NCBI GenBank assembly: GCA_963796965.1
Contig: CAWCNS010000009.1
Location: 448,001 to 512,000 of the forward strand
Source of the DNA: Calditrichia bacterium
GTDB lineage: Bacteria > Calditrichota > Calditrichia > JAJRVZ01
DNA: 64,000 nucleotides
Direction: 5' to 3'
Part shown: positions 27,223-40,963 of the stretch, piece by piece
Numbering within the stretch: the stretch's first letter is position 1
Layout: every line of letters begins with the position of its first letter
Program-made: the position numbers and the translations under genes
Notes under the pieces: generated by a model
The model's input: only the letters and a program-made list of their open reading frames with translations
What the model was told of the DNA's origin: nothing
The model's database searches: none

Positions 27223-27713
27223 AATAAATGCTGTGCTGCCCGAATAGTGACAACTAGTGATATTTATTATTCAGAATTATTGCCAGCGTGGGAAATAGGA
27301 TCCAGGGGATTAAATAATAGATACTCAAAAACCAGAATACCCATAAAAAGTAAAGGCCATAGCCAAGGTATAAACCACAATACAGGCTGTCATAAATTGC
27401 ACCTCTGCTTTTAAGTCTTCGCCTCGGTCTAATGGGAGCAAGTTAATTATTCTTGATCCTTCCAATATAAAGTATGATCAATTTGTATGGCATCCTTATT
27501 TCTCCTATTTGCTGTCTTTTTTCTTTTTGTATTCTATGCCGGAATGTTTTTTCTCGTTGTTTACTATTACCATCATCTGCTACCCACTCTCGCAAAAACA
27601 ATTCAAATGTATTTATATTACTACCTGGCATCTTCGGATAATTGAAAACAAAAATCATGAGGAAAATTGGGATTAGTATATCATCTTAAAATTGGTTAGT
27701 CATGAAAGTTCCC

Positions 27714-28835
27714 TCAGAAAACGCCGTGCTCTTCCACGAGGTCGCGCATAATGGTAATCCTCTGTTCTTCGGCTCCCGGCGGGACTTGGTCGCCCGCATT
27801 AGCGATGAATCTGAAGGTCTTTTGCTTCTGCCCCAACCACTCCAGAACTTTTGCCTCGAAGTCCTCTAATGGGGTTCCGGGTAACCATAGGTCCGGTGAA
27901 ATTCCGCCGGAAAGGATGAAATCATCCCCTGCCTCCGCCCGACATTCTTCGACTGATAGATCACCCATTGGTGTGGGCGTAACAGCATCTGCGCAGTCTG
28001 CACCGGTGCTATAGATCATCTCAATGGCGCCCTTTAACTTTCCGTCGATATGAACGGCCACACACTTACCGCTACGGTGAAGGCGACGGATTGCTTCCTC
28101 ATAAAAGGGACGCGACCACTCATCGAAAAATGAAGGTGGTTGAATGTCACTGGAGAAATTGTCACCCATGATGATTACTTCTGCCGGCGATTCGCATAAC
28201 AGGTCGACAAGGTCCAGATTATTCTTATTCACGGTATCCACGACCTCATGAAGGAGATGAGGATAATCGAGTGTTGCATACACGGTAGCCTCAATACCCA
28301 TCCAGTAGTTCAGAAGGTGCCCCATGGCACTGTAACCCGGCGAAATGTACACAATCCCATCGGCTCCAACATAGTCCTGCCACTGCTTATACCTATCCCA
28401 GTGCGGGACAAATGTGCGTCTGCCCATGGCCTCTTGAAAAACCTGCAGATCTTTCTCATTACGGATTCCCCACCGGCTGATGCCCCAGGCATAGGTCTGC
28501 GCCTCCCAGGCACGTGCCCGCTCGATACAGCCCTGTGAAGTCTCAATACGCCAACAGATCTCCGGGGAACCGTTCCTGTCTCGCTTGTGGGTGGTGACCT
28601 TAACATCTTCGGGATAGGAAGTAGTGTAGAATGCGGCCAGGTTGGGCATATAGAATCCGGCACCGACCTCCTTATGAAAGTCGATCAGCTCGTACTCGGG
28701 TTCGGTGTAGGATGCTGACAGATCCCAGGGTTTTTTGTGGCGGTGATAGAACCAGTGGGATAGATCCAACATATAGGGAACGACGTCGGGCGTCTGTCCC
28801 CGGTACACAGCAAGAATTCGCTCACGCAGCGTCAT
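27714..28835 (-). CDS. Uroporphyrinogen decarboxylase (URO-D/CIMS-like) family protein
   Basis: MTLRERILAVYRGQTPDVVP, MGDN, VHIDG, LSGGI, GDQVPP; GGAG RBS; visibly higher GC than the flanks. Confidence 0.85.
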   Translation of the reverse strand: MTLRERILAVYRGQTPDVVPYMLDLSHWFYHRHKKPWDLSASYTEPEYELIDFHKEVGAGFYMPNLAAFYTTSYPEDVKVTTHKRDRNGSPEICWRIETSQGCIERARAWEAQTYAWGISRWGIRNEKDLQVFQEAMGRRTFVPHWDRYKQWQDYVGADGIVYISPGYSAMGHLLNYWMGIEATVYATLDYPHLLHEVVDTVNKNNLDLVDLLCESPAEVIIMGDNFSSDIQPPSFFDEWSRPFYEEAIRRLHRSGKCVAVHIDGKLKGAIEMIYSTGADCADAVTPTPMGDLSVEECRAEAGDDFILSGGISPDLWLPGTPLEDFEAKVLEWLGQKQKTFRFIANAGDQVPPGAEEQRITIMRDLVEEHGVF

Positions 28836-29168
28836 GAACTCCTCCGAAGAGATCGGTGTACGGTGCTGGTAAATAATTCTTATAAACCTGATAAAATATA
28901 ATCAATTATAGATTTATTACAATAATTTTAGTATTCATCTGGCATTTAACCGTGTGGGACAATTCCAACGTGAATATCTTTCCCGGACATCGTCAGTTGA
29001 AAAGAGGATATAAAACAAATTGTGTAAATAAAAACAGACTTTAATGAACCACTTTACTTTATTAAAAACACTATACTGGCGGCTTCGGCTGCAAACGCTT
29101 ATTTAGCACTCGAACACATATCAATGTAACCAATTATAATTTAATAATTTACAAGATTATTTTACAAC

Positions 29169-30303
29169 CTAATATGAGTCATACAGGATATTCGACCATG
29201 TCATATATGCTGACACAGAAATATTGTTATTGTATACACCGTCCCAATCGTTATCAGCCGGGGATGTAGCTGACCCATCGCCATTAGTATCGCCCTTTAA
29301 GTTATCATCCCGGAAAGAAGTAAAATATACACCGGTACCATTATAATTGCCTAGGTTTGAGGTGTCGTCCCACAGCGACAAATTGCTGCCATTTGTAAAC
29401 TTGATGACCACATTGTTTCCAAGTGTCAGAACTACCCCGTCGATGATAAGCTGATTATCGTCGATCACGAATGCCACTTCAGTTTCGGCCCAGATCAGAT
29501 TTTTAGTAATATTGTCGGTTGTATTGTAAAATATCCCATTGTATGTGTTGGTCTGCGACTGATATGAAAACTGTATTGGAATCGTCGATATCGTATTCAT
29601 CTCCAATCGACAGGGGAATCACGTTGTTATAGAATAGGTTACCAGTTATAATTGTTCCGGATCGCGCTTCTGATGCATCAAGAGCTCCATAGTAAAAATC
29701 ACCACTTGGTCCACCTTTATTGTGGGCAAATGTGCAATTGGTGACGGTAGCACGGGAATCATAGAGCTCGAGGGTCGTTAGCGCGTTGTCTCCACCACCG
29801 TAATAAAACTCACAGTAATTGAAAACAGATCCTTGAGTGCCATTTGTACCAATAGACAGCCAGTCTTCGGCTGCTGGTGAAGTTGCGTTTCCGTCTTTAT
29901 TGGTATCACCCCCATGAGCGTCGTCCCTATAGGACGTAAATACTATCGGCTGGCTTGCGGTGCCGTCTGCAATGACAGTGCCGTCTCCGGACATACTCAT
30001 ATAAGGACCATCACTTGGGTGAAACTTGATGATCGTTCCCGCTTCGATTATCAGCGTTGCCTCGACGTAGAAATCCCATTTACGGATAAGATAGACGTTA
30101 CTGTTTTGCCAGGTAGTGGTTGTTTCGATATCCTCTGTAATCTCAATGATGTTCGTATCCGTATTATCTCCGGGGCTGGTGGGTTCCCCGTCTCCATCTT
30201 CGCACCCATTGATGCCTATGATCGCAACAAGTCCCAGAGAAATGATACTGGCCTTAGCGATTGAATGGAAAGTGCTGTACTTTAGCTTTCTGAATAGATT
30301 CAT
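29169..30303 (-). CDS. Secreted lipoprotein with beta-helix-like repeats and duplicated FTS.RDD..GDTN.DG.ATSPA..DW motifs; one frameshift near 29560
   Basis: IGINGC lipobox; [27 protein letters not shown]; motif repeated at the C-terminus. Confidence 0.75.
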
Positions 30304-30992
30304 CGTTTGCTCTCCTTTGTTTTGTAGGTAACATAAGGTGAGGATCAGGTTCCCCACAAGCGTAATATGCCAAACAATATGGCACTATTCAAGCAAATCC
30401 TGATTCCTAATTCCCTGTCTGAGGACCACAGTTTCCCATTCACGAATAATAATCCAGATTCCTAAAAATTTAAGGATAGCGTAATGTGGAAAATCCCTCA
30501 AATGCCCAAGCATTGCAGAGTTTTTTGCTGAGTATTTTATTCTCCGTTCTTCTGCCATTATTACCACTTCTGCTGGAGAGACGTGTTAATTGTGAACACT
30601 ACTTCACATTAATTAAAATTTTTTACCTTTTGCGGCTAAGGTAAGATTTCTTAAAACACAAAGGACACAAAGAATCCACAAAGGACACGGAGAAAAGATT
30701 TTTTCTATTTATTTTATCCCGGTTTGTATAGATCTATGATTATAATCTATGACTTAGATTAATCAAGATCTCAAACCCTAATTTTTGTCTTTTTTCTTTT
30801 GTCCTTTTTCTTATTCTCTGTGATCTTCGTGCCTTCTTTGTGAATTTAGTGGTAGTCTTTTTGAATTTGACCCCAATTCCCATTTCCTAATTCCTAATTC
30901 CTAATTCCTAATTACAAATTTACAAATCTTAATCTTTAATCTTTCATCTTTGATCCTTAATCTTGAAGATATACAAGGATGAGGTACAAAAG

Positions 30993-32249
30993 ATGAAGGC
31001 AAAACGCAAAAGCCTGCTCACCATCATCGGACCGGGAATTCTGGTAGCCGCAACCGGGATCGGTGCAGGCGATCTGGCAACCGCTGCTTTTAGTGGATCA
31101 AAATTGGGTCTCGTCATCCTTTGGGCTGTAATCATTGGTGCTCTTTTTAAATTTGTCCTCAATGAAGGATTGGCCCGTTGGCAATTGGCCACCGGCACTA
31201 CCCTGCTTGAGGGGGCGATGAGCCGATTAGGGCGTTTTGCCCAGTATGTATTCCTGCTCTACCTTTTTGTCTGGACCTTTATGGTCGCAGCTGCTTTAAT
31301 GAGTGCCTGTGGTGTAACCGCCCATGCCATTCTTCCCCTGACCTCCGATCCTTCTACTGGTAAAATTATCTATGGTATTTTTTTCAGTTTGATCGGTCTG
31401 TTGCTGGTACGCCTGGGTGGGTATCACTTATTTGAAAAGGTGATGGGTATCAGTATTGGATTTATGTTTGTCACCGTCATCATCACCGCTATCTTGTTAA
31501 AACCGGATCTGATGGCTCTGTTTGAGGGAATTTTCCGGCCGGCTATTCCACAGGCCAATGGTGAAGGATTATCCTGGACAGTCGCCCTCATCGGTGGGGT
31601 TGGCGGTACAGTCACCATCCTTTGCTACGGTTACTGGATCCGGGAAGAAGGACGCAAAGGGATTGAAGATATTAAGAACAGTCGGATAGATCTGGCCATA
31701 TCCTATATTATGACCGCTTTGTTTGGGTTGGGAATGGTTATCATTGGCAACAGTATTGAGGTAGAGGGTCAGGGTGCTTCTCTGGTCATCCAGCTAGCAG
31801 ACAAGCTGATTGATCACCTCGGTCCTTTGGGAAAATGGGCTTTTCTTATCGGAACCTTCGGTGCTGTATTCAGCAGTCTGCTCGGTGTCTGGCAGAGTGT
31901 TCCCTATCTTTTTACAGATCTGACAGGGATCATGAAAGACAAGCAAATCCCCAGGAACCGAAAGATTGATACAAATTCCAAACCATACAGATGGTATTTA
32001 TACGGTATGGCTAGTATCCCCATTATCGGATTATGGGTTGGCTTTGCCCATATGCAGAAGCTTTACGCGATCACCGGCGCCTTATTTATTCCCATGCTTG
32101 CATTGGTTCTATTGTGGCTAAACGGCCAGGCGAAATGGATTGGTGCAGACTATAAAAACAAACCTCTAACTTCAATTATTCTGATTATTATTTTACTCTT
32201 TTTTATGCTGATAGCAGGAAGAACGTTTCAGAATGTTCTGGGGATTTAA
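30993..32249 (+). CDS. Nramp-family (YcsG-like) divalent metal transporter
   Basis: IGPGILVAATGIGAGDL, NEGLARWQLATG, GGVGGT..LCYGYW; about 11 TM segments. Confidence 0.87.
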   Translation: MKAKRKSLLTIIGPGILVAATGIGAGDLATAAFSGSKLGLVILWAVIIGALFKFVLNEGLARWQLATGTTLLEGAMSRLGRFAQYVFLLYLFVWTFMVAAALMSACGVTAHAILPLTSDPSTGKIIYGIFFSLIGLLLVRLGGYHLFEKVMGISIGFMFVTVIITAILLKPDLMALFEGIFRPAIPQANGEGLSWTVALIGGVGGTVTILCYGYWIREEGRKGIEDIKNSRIDLAISYIMTALFGLGMVIIGNSIEVEGQGASLVIQLADKLIDHLGPLGKWAFLIGTFGAVFSSLLGVWQSVPYLFTDLTGIMKDKQIPRNRKIDTNSKPYRWYLYGMASIPIIGLWVGFAHMQKLYAITGALFIPMLALVLLWLNGQAKWIGADYKNKPLTSIILIIILLFFMLIAGRTFQNVLGI

Positions 32250-32539
32250 TTTCTCCGTGAGAACAATTTTAATTCATTTATTATTTAACCCCTTCAGGGT
32301 TATTAATTTATAATATTCCTTTTTCCGGGGGCGTTGCCCCCGGCTACTATCTTTTGCCCTTTCAGGGCAATCCCAACAATCATGAATCCCGGTTCCCGAC
32401 CACAAATCACGTATCACGTATCCCATATCTAAAATCCCGCATCCCACATCTCGTATCTCGCATCTCGTATCCCGTATCACGCATCCCGTATCCCGAATCC
32501 CGTATCCCGAATCACGTACCGAGAAACCCATATTTTTTA

Positions 32540-32567
32540 TTGCATTCTCCTGCTGAGTTTGTATATT
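32540..32567 (+). promoter_or_regulatory. Promoter TTGCAT-N16-TATATT
   Basis: Same motif and spacing recur at 34868 and 60346. Confidence 0.55.
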
Positions 32568-32926
32568 AATGGCCTAAGGACCTCTTAATATTACTGAATC
32601 GACTTCTATTTTTTCTATTGCATTTCTTTTATAAAACGAATCATCATTTTCCTACCCTGGTTTTGAACTGATAAAATATCATTTTCTCTGATTATTTTTA
32701 TTATTTAATAAAATTTTATCTCCAAAAAACTTGAACGGTGGTTCAGGTGCAACTATGTCCTTGTAATAAAGGTCCGCCGAATTGCTCTTGATGCTTGATT
32801 CAGGAACACCTGATCATAATCGTGATCACCTGAAAAAGAAACGTATAATTGGTTTATAGAATTATATCAGCAGTATTAAGAAGGCAGACAATTCAAAATC
32901 AAACAGTGATAGGGAGGATTATAACA

Positions 32927-34175
32927 ATGAAATCAAAATTCTTTATCTATTCGCTTTTACTCTACGCTTTTATTGCATTCCCTGGCGGATGGTGATTTTC
33001 TAGTCAACAATGCAATTGCCAAGGGGCCCGATACTAAAATTATCTTTGATGGCAAAAAAACAGACTGGAATCAGCCCGTTCTGATTACTGCCCGGAATAA
33101 TAAATTGTCATATTTTCCAGAGGAGGTAGGCGCTGCAATCGCTGATCGTGTTGATGTTAAACATGTAAAAGCCTTTATCGATGCCGAGGAAGATAGACTT
33201 TACTTCTACTTCCGCTTTTGGGGTGGTCCGGTGTGGCCAAACTATGCTCAAGAAGGAGGAGTATGAAGGTCAGCCAATAGGTGCGGCATCGGGGTTATTA
33301 TCATCTTATGCTTGATTTGGACAATGATCCCTCAACCGGTTGGAATAATCATTATTATGAAGGACATTACACACCTTTAGGTTATTATGCCAGCCAGGGC
33401 GTTCCTAACACGGATCATCTTGGTGTAGAATGTCGTAATGGATTTGGAATTAGATTCTGGGTGGATGTTTCCGGATTGGACCGGAGAAATTAATTATGCT
33501 GCCTATGGTGGCGCTGATTACCGCGAGTATAATGGACAAGTGGGACCTTTAACCATTGCTGAATATTCCTGGTCTTATGTCGATGGTGCTACGGTCGAAG
33601 ATATGGTCCAACATGATGGTAATGTAATAAATTGGTACAGTGGCGAGGAACACTGGGCCGGACATGCATTTGGGAAAGATTTTCTGGAATATGGTGTTTC
33701 ACTGGATGCCGTTCGTGCCTATTGGGGCGAAGAATATCTCCAACCGGGTGATATGATCGGCATTGCTGCCTTTATCGAAACACCGATTGATGACTGGGGT
33801 GTTGACGTAACTCCAAGCGGTCATTTACGTGTGCCGGAAATGCAACTTAGCAAAGAGTTTGCTGGAAAAGCCGGTACCGACGGTGCTTCTATTCCAACAG
33901 AATTTGCATTGAATGATAACTACCCAAATCCTTTTAATCCGGAAACGGAAATCCGTTTTCAACTCCCGGAAAACAGTCATGTCATCATCCGCGTCTATAA
34001 CTCTCTGGGCCAGGAGATTAACACCTTGACCGATACCTATTATGAGGCTGGCTATCACAATGTTCGCTGGAGTGGGACGGATGGCAATGGTTTTCAGGTC
34101 TCCAGCGGCGTTTATGTTTACAGCATCCAGGCCGGGACCTTTCAGCAGATGAAAAAAATGATACTGATCAAATAA
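32927..34175 (+). CDS. Secreted protein with a C-terminal FlgD-Ig/T9SS type A-like sorting domain; frameshifted
   Basis: GGGAGG RBS, signal peptide, DLDNDPSTG motif, C-terminal [13 protein letters not shown]...SSGVYVY...KKMILIK. Confidence 0.8.
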
Positions 34176-34330
34176 GGAAATATTATCAAACGATACCAAG
34201 AGAAAAAGATTTTGGGAGGATCGATAATTAAATGGTTTAGATGCATCCTCTACAAGGATGATATTTTTAAGCTTCGCCTGGTGTTACAATAATTTATCCT
34301 CTACGAGGATCTATAATGGTTATAAAATGG

Positions 34331-34850
<520 letters not shown>

Positions 34851-34867
34851 TTTTCCCTATAAAATCT

Positions 34868-34895
34868 TTGCACTTTTATTCACTTTTTGTATATT
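34868..34895 (+). promoter_or_regulatory. Promoter TTGCAC-N16-TATATT
   Basis: Motif shared with 32540 and 60346; upstream of the GGGAGG RBS and ATG 35022. Confidence 0.55.
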
Positions 34896-35021
34896 AACCT
34901 TCGTGAAGCCTCCATTTTAACACTATTAGATTAGTCGTATACCGGTTCTTGGTGATATTATTTTACCGATCTTTTTTGTTTGCAACAGAATCCTTATTGA
35001 TAAAAACTACGGGAGGATAAT

Positions 35022-37564
35022 ATGGTACGGATCTTAACCACATTCATTTATATCACGTTTCTCGTCTCCGCTGCAATTAGCCAGACCACCATTCCTGCCA
35101 GTTTTGTGAGTGGACAATGGACAAAAGCCAATTCCCCCTATTTGATTGAAGGCGAAATCACCATTCCCAATGATTCCACCCTTATCATTGATCCGGGCGT
35201 GGTTCTTGAATTCCAGGGGCATTATGCTCTGCAGGTTCAAGGCAGGCTGTTGGCGGTTGGAACAGTTAGTGATACGATTTTATTTACGGTTAAGGATACG
35301 ACCGGATTCAGTGAATTAGACACCACCCGCGGTGGCTGGTTTGGAATCCGTTTTTCCGACACGCCATTGACCAACGATTCCTCCAAAATCGAATATTGTA
35401 AACTGCAATATGGAAAGGCCGTTGCCGATATCTGGAGTCTCAATGCCGGGGGTGCCTTGTGTGTGCTTAATTTCGGTAAACTCTCTGTCTCCAATTGCCG
35501 TTTTGAATATAATATCGCCGGCGGACGTGAGTCGGATAGCCCTTCCGGTGGCGCCGTACATCTGGGTTGGTCGGATGTGCGTTTTAAAGAGACGGTCTTT
35601 GCTCACAACCAGGCACATATTGGTGGGGCCATCCACTATCATGGTTCGGATCCAATTTTCACTAATTGTACATTTTCTGATAACCGGGCAACAACTTCAG
35701 GCGCCGTATCTGTCACTCAGAATTGTAAGACGACAATGACCAACTGTTCTTTTCTCAATAACCAGGCTGAAGACCAGGGAGGGGGGATAACCTTTTGGAA
35801 TGGATCTGTAAGCATTCTTAATAATGTAATTTTCTCAGGCAACCGTGCAGAATGGGGTGGTGGATTCTGCGCCTACTATTGTGATTTGGAAATTAAAAAT
35901 TCCATTTTTACGGCGAATGCAGCAACAGGTTTTGGCGGAGGTGTGTGGACAGATAGCTGCGATATTATTGTAGATAATTGCCAATTCAAAGATAATAGTG
36001 GTGGTATTTGGGCCGGAGGCATATTATCAGGTCAAAGTATTTTGACCGTTCAGAATTGTCTGTTCGAGAATAATTCAGGCTCCGATCTAAGTGGGGGTAT
36101 TCATGCTGATTTCTCGATTGTTAATGTTGAACATACCCATTTTAGAGAGAACAGTGCCAGCATGAGCGCCGGCATTCATTCCTGGTTTACGGACCTAACT
36201 GTAAAAAGCAGTTTGTTTGAAGAAAATACTGCCGATTTTGGTGGAGGGATCCATTGTGATTACAGCCATGTCTGGATTGACAGTACCCAATTTTTGGGGA
36301 ATTCAGCCAAATGGGGCGGCGGTGTCCACGCCTATAACAGTGATTTAAAAATCGACAGTTGTCTTTTTTCAAAGAATGAAACGACTGAAGGAGATGGCGG
36401 TGGATTTGACTACCGGGCAGATTCAACCATCTTTGGCAGGGCCTACCAGGTGGAAATTACCCGCTCTCGTTTTATCGGAAATACGGCGCTCGGAAATAGC
36501 GGTGGCGGGCGAATTGAGCAGAGTGAATCTGACGTTTCTTTGATCGATATTGTTATTGATCAATGTGAGTTCCGACAGAATCATGCTGATATATATGCTC
36601 CCTTCAGAATAAATGGTAAAATTTCTGACATAAGCGTATCCAATTCACTGTTTACAGGAAATACAGCCTCACGCTGGGTGGCTGGCGCCGGATTTCTTGC
36701 GGTGACTTCCGGAAGCGTGACGAATTGTATTTTTTCATCAAATTATGCTACCTATTCAGATAGTACAGCCTTGTCATCTCAGGCCACACTTGCCCTTGAA
36801 GCGCGGGTAGATTTTTTTAATTGTACGTTTCATGATACCTCTGATGTGGGCGGTTATGGTCTCTCCATGCGCCGTGGATGTGTGGCAACCCTTAGCAATT
36901 GTATTATCTGGGGTTGTGGTGACCGGCCCATTATAATTACTACCGCTGCAGAATTAGGTTGCACGGCCTATGTAAATTACTGTAACCTGGAAAACGGTAG
37001 GGATAGTGTTTCTGTATCGGATTCTGCATCAACGCTTCACTGGGGTGAAGGTAATATGGCTGAGAATCCTGAATTTGTTGATGTGGATAAGGGCGATTTA
37101 CATTTAGCGGATACCAGTCCCTGTATTGGTACAGGAACTAATTGCTATAAACTAAATGATGTCTGGATGTGTGCACCGGAATTTGATCTGGATGGTAATT
37201 CCCGTCCCGCTCCCATTGGCAGCAATGCCGATCTGGGTGCCTATGAAAATGATCTGGGTATCCCAACATCAATTAGAGACAGGGCTGAGTTGCTTCCCTC
37301 AGAATTTAAACTTAACCAGAATTATCCCAATCCTTTTAATCCATCTACAATGATCAATTATCAATTACCAATTAACAGTGAAGTAGAACTTTCAATTTAT
37401 AATTTGCTTGGCCAGAAAGTAATAACCTTGGTCTCAGAAAAACAGGAGGCGGGTAACACCAGGTGATCTGGAATGCCAGTGGTTTTGCCAGTGGCGTTTA
37501 TTATTACAGATTAACGACTGATACAGGTTTTGTGAAAACGCGGAAGCTGGTTGTGATAAAATGA
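35022..37564 (+). CDS. Right-handed parallel beta-helix repeat protein (Pmp-like GGxI/FxxN repeats) with a C-terminal sorting domain; frameshift near 37460
   Basis: WTKANSPY, repeated F..N.A..GGG, DLHL...[31 protein letters not shown]; alternative frame ends [16 protein letters not shown]. Confidence 0.88.
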
Positions 37565-37574
37565 TGGGGGAGGT

Positions 37575-38098
<524 letters not shown>

Positions 38099-38110
<12 letters not shown>

Positions 38111-39644
38111 CATCTCATAATACAGTTCCGCTCCCGGACCTAACGGCAACCCCAATAATATCCACACAATAATCAGGATTGTCCATAAGATAAAAAACAC
38201 AATGGAATAAGGCAGCATCGTGGCAATAACCGTCCCGATACCCGCTTTTGTTTCATATTTTTGCATAAAAGCGATAATCAAGGCAAAGAAACTCATCATC
38301 GGCGAAATCACATTGGTTACACTATCCCCAATGCGATAACCCACCTGCGTCAACTCCGGTGAATAGCCCAGAAACATAAACATCGGCACAAATATCGGCG
38401 CTATCAAGGCCCATTTGGCAGAAGCACTGCCCATCAGCATATTAATCATCGCGGCCAATAATATAAACATAATCATTAAGGGGATTGTACCAAGACCGGA
38501 GGCGGAAAGCATATTTGCCCCCTCGATGGCAATGATTTGACCCAGATTACTCCATTTAAAATAGGCAACAAACTGGGCTGCAAAAAACACCAGCACCATA
38601 TAAAGACCCATGGACTGCATCGCCGCGCCCATACCCTTGACGACATCACCGTCATTTTTAAACTTGCCGGAACCAACACCATAGGCCAACCCAGTGAGTC
38701 CGGCGGTGAGAAACAGCAAGGCTACAATTCCTTTGATTAATGGAGAAGTGAGGATCCCCCCATCAAAACTGCGCAGGATGCCATTAGCCGGGACAATACC
38801 GATCAGGATGACAATTAAAAGGACCAGGGCAATGATCAGACTATACCACAATCCTTTCTTTTCCTGAGGACTAAGTTTGTCAATTGTTTCAGAACCGGTA
38901 CCATTTTCATCTTTATATTTTCCCAGACGGGGTTCTACGATTTTTTCTGTTACCCAGGTTCCGCCAAAAGTGATCAAAAAAGTAGAAACAACCATGAAAT
39001 AATAATTAGCCGTAGGATTTACCGTATAGGCGGCATCGACAATATGCGCCGCTTCTTCGGAGAGCCCCGCCAGCAATGGATCCACAGTTCCTAATAAGAG
39101 GTTGGCACTAAATCCACCGGATACACCGGCAAAGGCCGCTGCCATTCCGGCAATGGGATGCCTTCCCACAGCAATAAATATGACACCGGCCAGCGGTATT
39201 AACAATACATAACCCACATCACTGCCAATATTGGACATCACGCCGGAAAAAACGAGAATAGCCGTAAGCAAGTGAGAAGGTGCTGAAATAACGAGTAGTC
39301 TGATAACCGCTCCGATCAACCCACTGCTCTCGGCAATACCGATACCGAGCATCGCCACCAGAACGATTCCCAGAGGGGCAAATCCGACAAAATTTTTAAC
39401 CATATCGCGAAGGATCATATGCAGACCTTCACGGCTGAGCAGGTTAACAGGCTCGATAATCTCCTTTGTAGCGGGATGAATAGCCTGCCAGTCCAGCCAA
39501 TCTGCCAGAGCAGAAAAGAATATAACAGAAAGTGCAAAGAGGGCAAAGATAGTGGCCGGATGCGGGAGTGCATTTCCTGCTTTTTCTATATAACCTAAAA
39601 ATCGTTGAAATTTTCCTATCTTTTGGCTTTTTTTTATCACCCAT
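38099..39644 (-). CDS. abgT: AbgT-family (p-aminobenzoyl-glutamate) transporter
   Basis: [75 protein letters not shown]; start approximate. Confidence 0.92.
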
Positions 39645-40083
39645 AATAGTGATTTTCCTTCTAAAGTTACTGCACTCTCTTTAAAAAAATAATTATTAAC
39701 TTGATGTATATATAAATTCCCACGCAAAGGCGCTAAGACGCAAAGAAATATATATTTAGAGAATTTTATCTTAATTATCTATGTATCTTATTAATAAATC
39801 TTCGCGACTTGGCGTCTTGACTGGCGATGAAGTATTCAGGCTATTTGCCTAAATCCCATAATTGCCAAATGAAGTCAGAAAATACAAAAAAATTGAATCG
39901 GGTCAAATTTTTGAGAGGTAAGGCTAATGATTTGGTGAATGACAATAGTGATTTTTATGGTTTTATCTGGTATATCAATTCATTTGCCCAGGACGAAGAT
40001 CCCCTCGCCGATTCAAAAATTATCCCTCCGGGCGGTGGCGAAGAAATTGTGGCAATTGATCCAGTAACTGATCTGCAATGATA

Positions 40084-40815
40084 CTATTTAATTAGAATCA
40101 TTTTCTTGATTTGTTGAAACTTGCCAGCATTATAAATATAATAATACAGACCACTTGCCAAACCACTTGCATCCCATTGTACGTGATATTTACCTGGACC
40201 TTGTTTCTCATCTACTAAGTTTACAACTTTTTGGCCTAGTAAATTGTATACAGAAAGTTCAATATAACTGGTAATTGGTAACTGATAATTGATCATTGTA
40301 GCATTGTTAAAGGGATTGGGATAATTATCAATCAGATACTTATTTCTGTATTCAGGGATGTTTGCCGGGATTGCCGTGGGAAAAACTTCACGGGAAACCC
40401 GCCCCCCCCAGGGACAGAATTGGCCAAGTACGCCAACCCAATAATCCAGATTATCCTCAACAAACTGCGGACAGCCATCACAGACCTCTATGGAATTAAA
40501 GGTTAAGGTCCACTGGCTGGGTTTAAAATGCCAGTTCCAGTCCAGATTAAAACCACCATTACCATGATCGATAAAGCCAATGATGAATAACATACGTTGA
40601 CGTTCCGGCAGGGCTAACTCATTTTCAACCAGGTTTATTACCGCCGTATCGGAGGTAAGAGCAATAAAATTGTTTCTTTGACTGGAATTGCACTCGGACA
40701 CCACAAATTCAAAATATCGTTGTCCGTGAAGGGGTACTGCCATTAAGCAGCAGGTAGAGTATTATACCGGATAGAGATGGTCTCAATAACATCAGATAGG
40801 GAAAAATCTTTTCAT
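40084..40815 (-). CDS. BP74-like Cys/Trp domain protein with a C-terminal sorting domain; frameshift in the signal region
   Basis: GFNLDWNWH, IEVCDGCPQFVEDNLDYW...FCPWG; NYPNPFN...LASGLYYY..KKMILIK. Confidence 0.72.
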
Positions 40816-40933
40816 AGACTTTCCGAAGACTGATCACAGTTAGCCAATTCTACAAAGATATTCGCGTACTAAAACAATAAGAAAATGCTTATCAGAAATT
40901 TTGTTAAATCCTATAATTTAGTTAAATAATCTG

Positions 40934-40963
40934 TTGACACAAGTACACTTATTTTGATAAAAT
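40934..40963 (+). promoter_or_regulatory. Sigma70-type promoter upstream of the S8 peptidase
   Basis: TTGACA-N18-TAAAAT. Confidence 0.45.

Noticed and set aside
32274..32569. ORFs 32274-32531, 32354-32569, 37918-38172, 54974-55168 and 18850-19077
   Set aside because: They are translations of the 7-mer or CACAAAG repeats (RDTGCGI, SRIPYP, LCVLCAF patterns), not real genes.
32990..33270. Selenocysteine or stop-codon readthrough at in-frame TGA codons
   Set aside because: Coding sense continues in a different frame before each stop, indicating indels rather than recoding.
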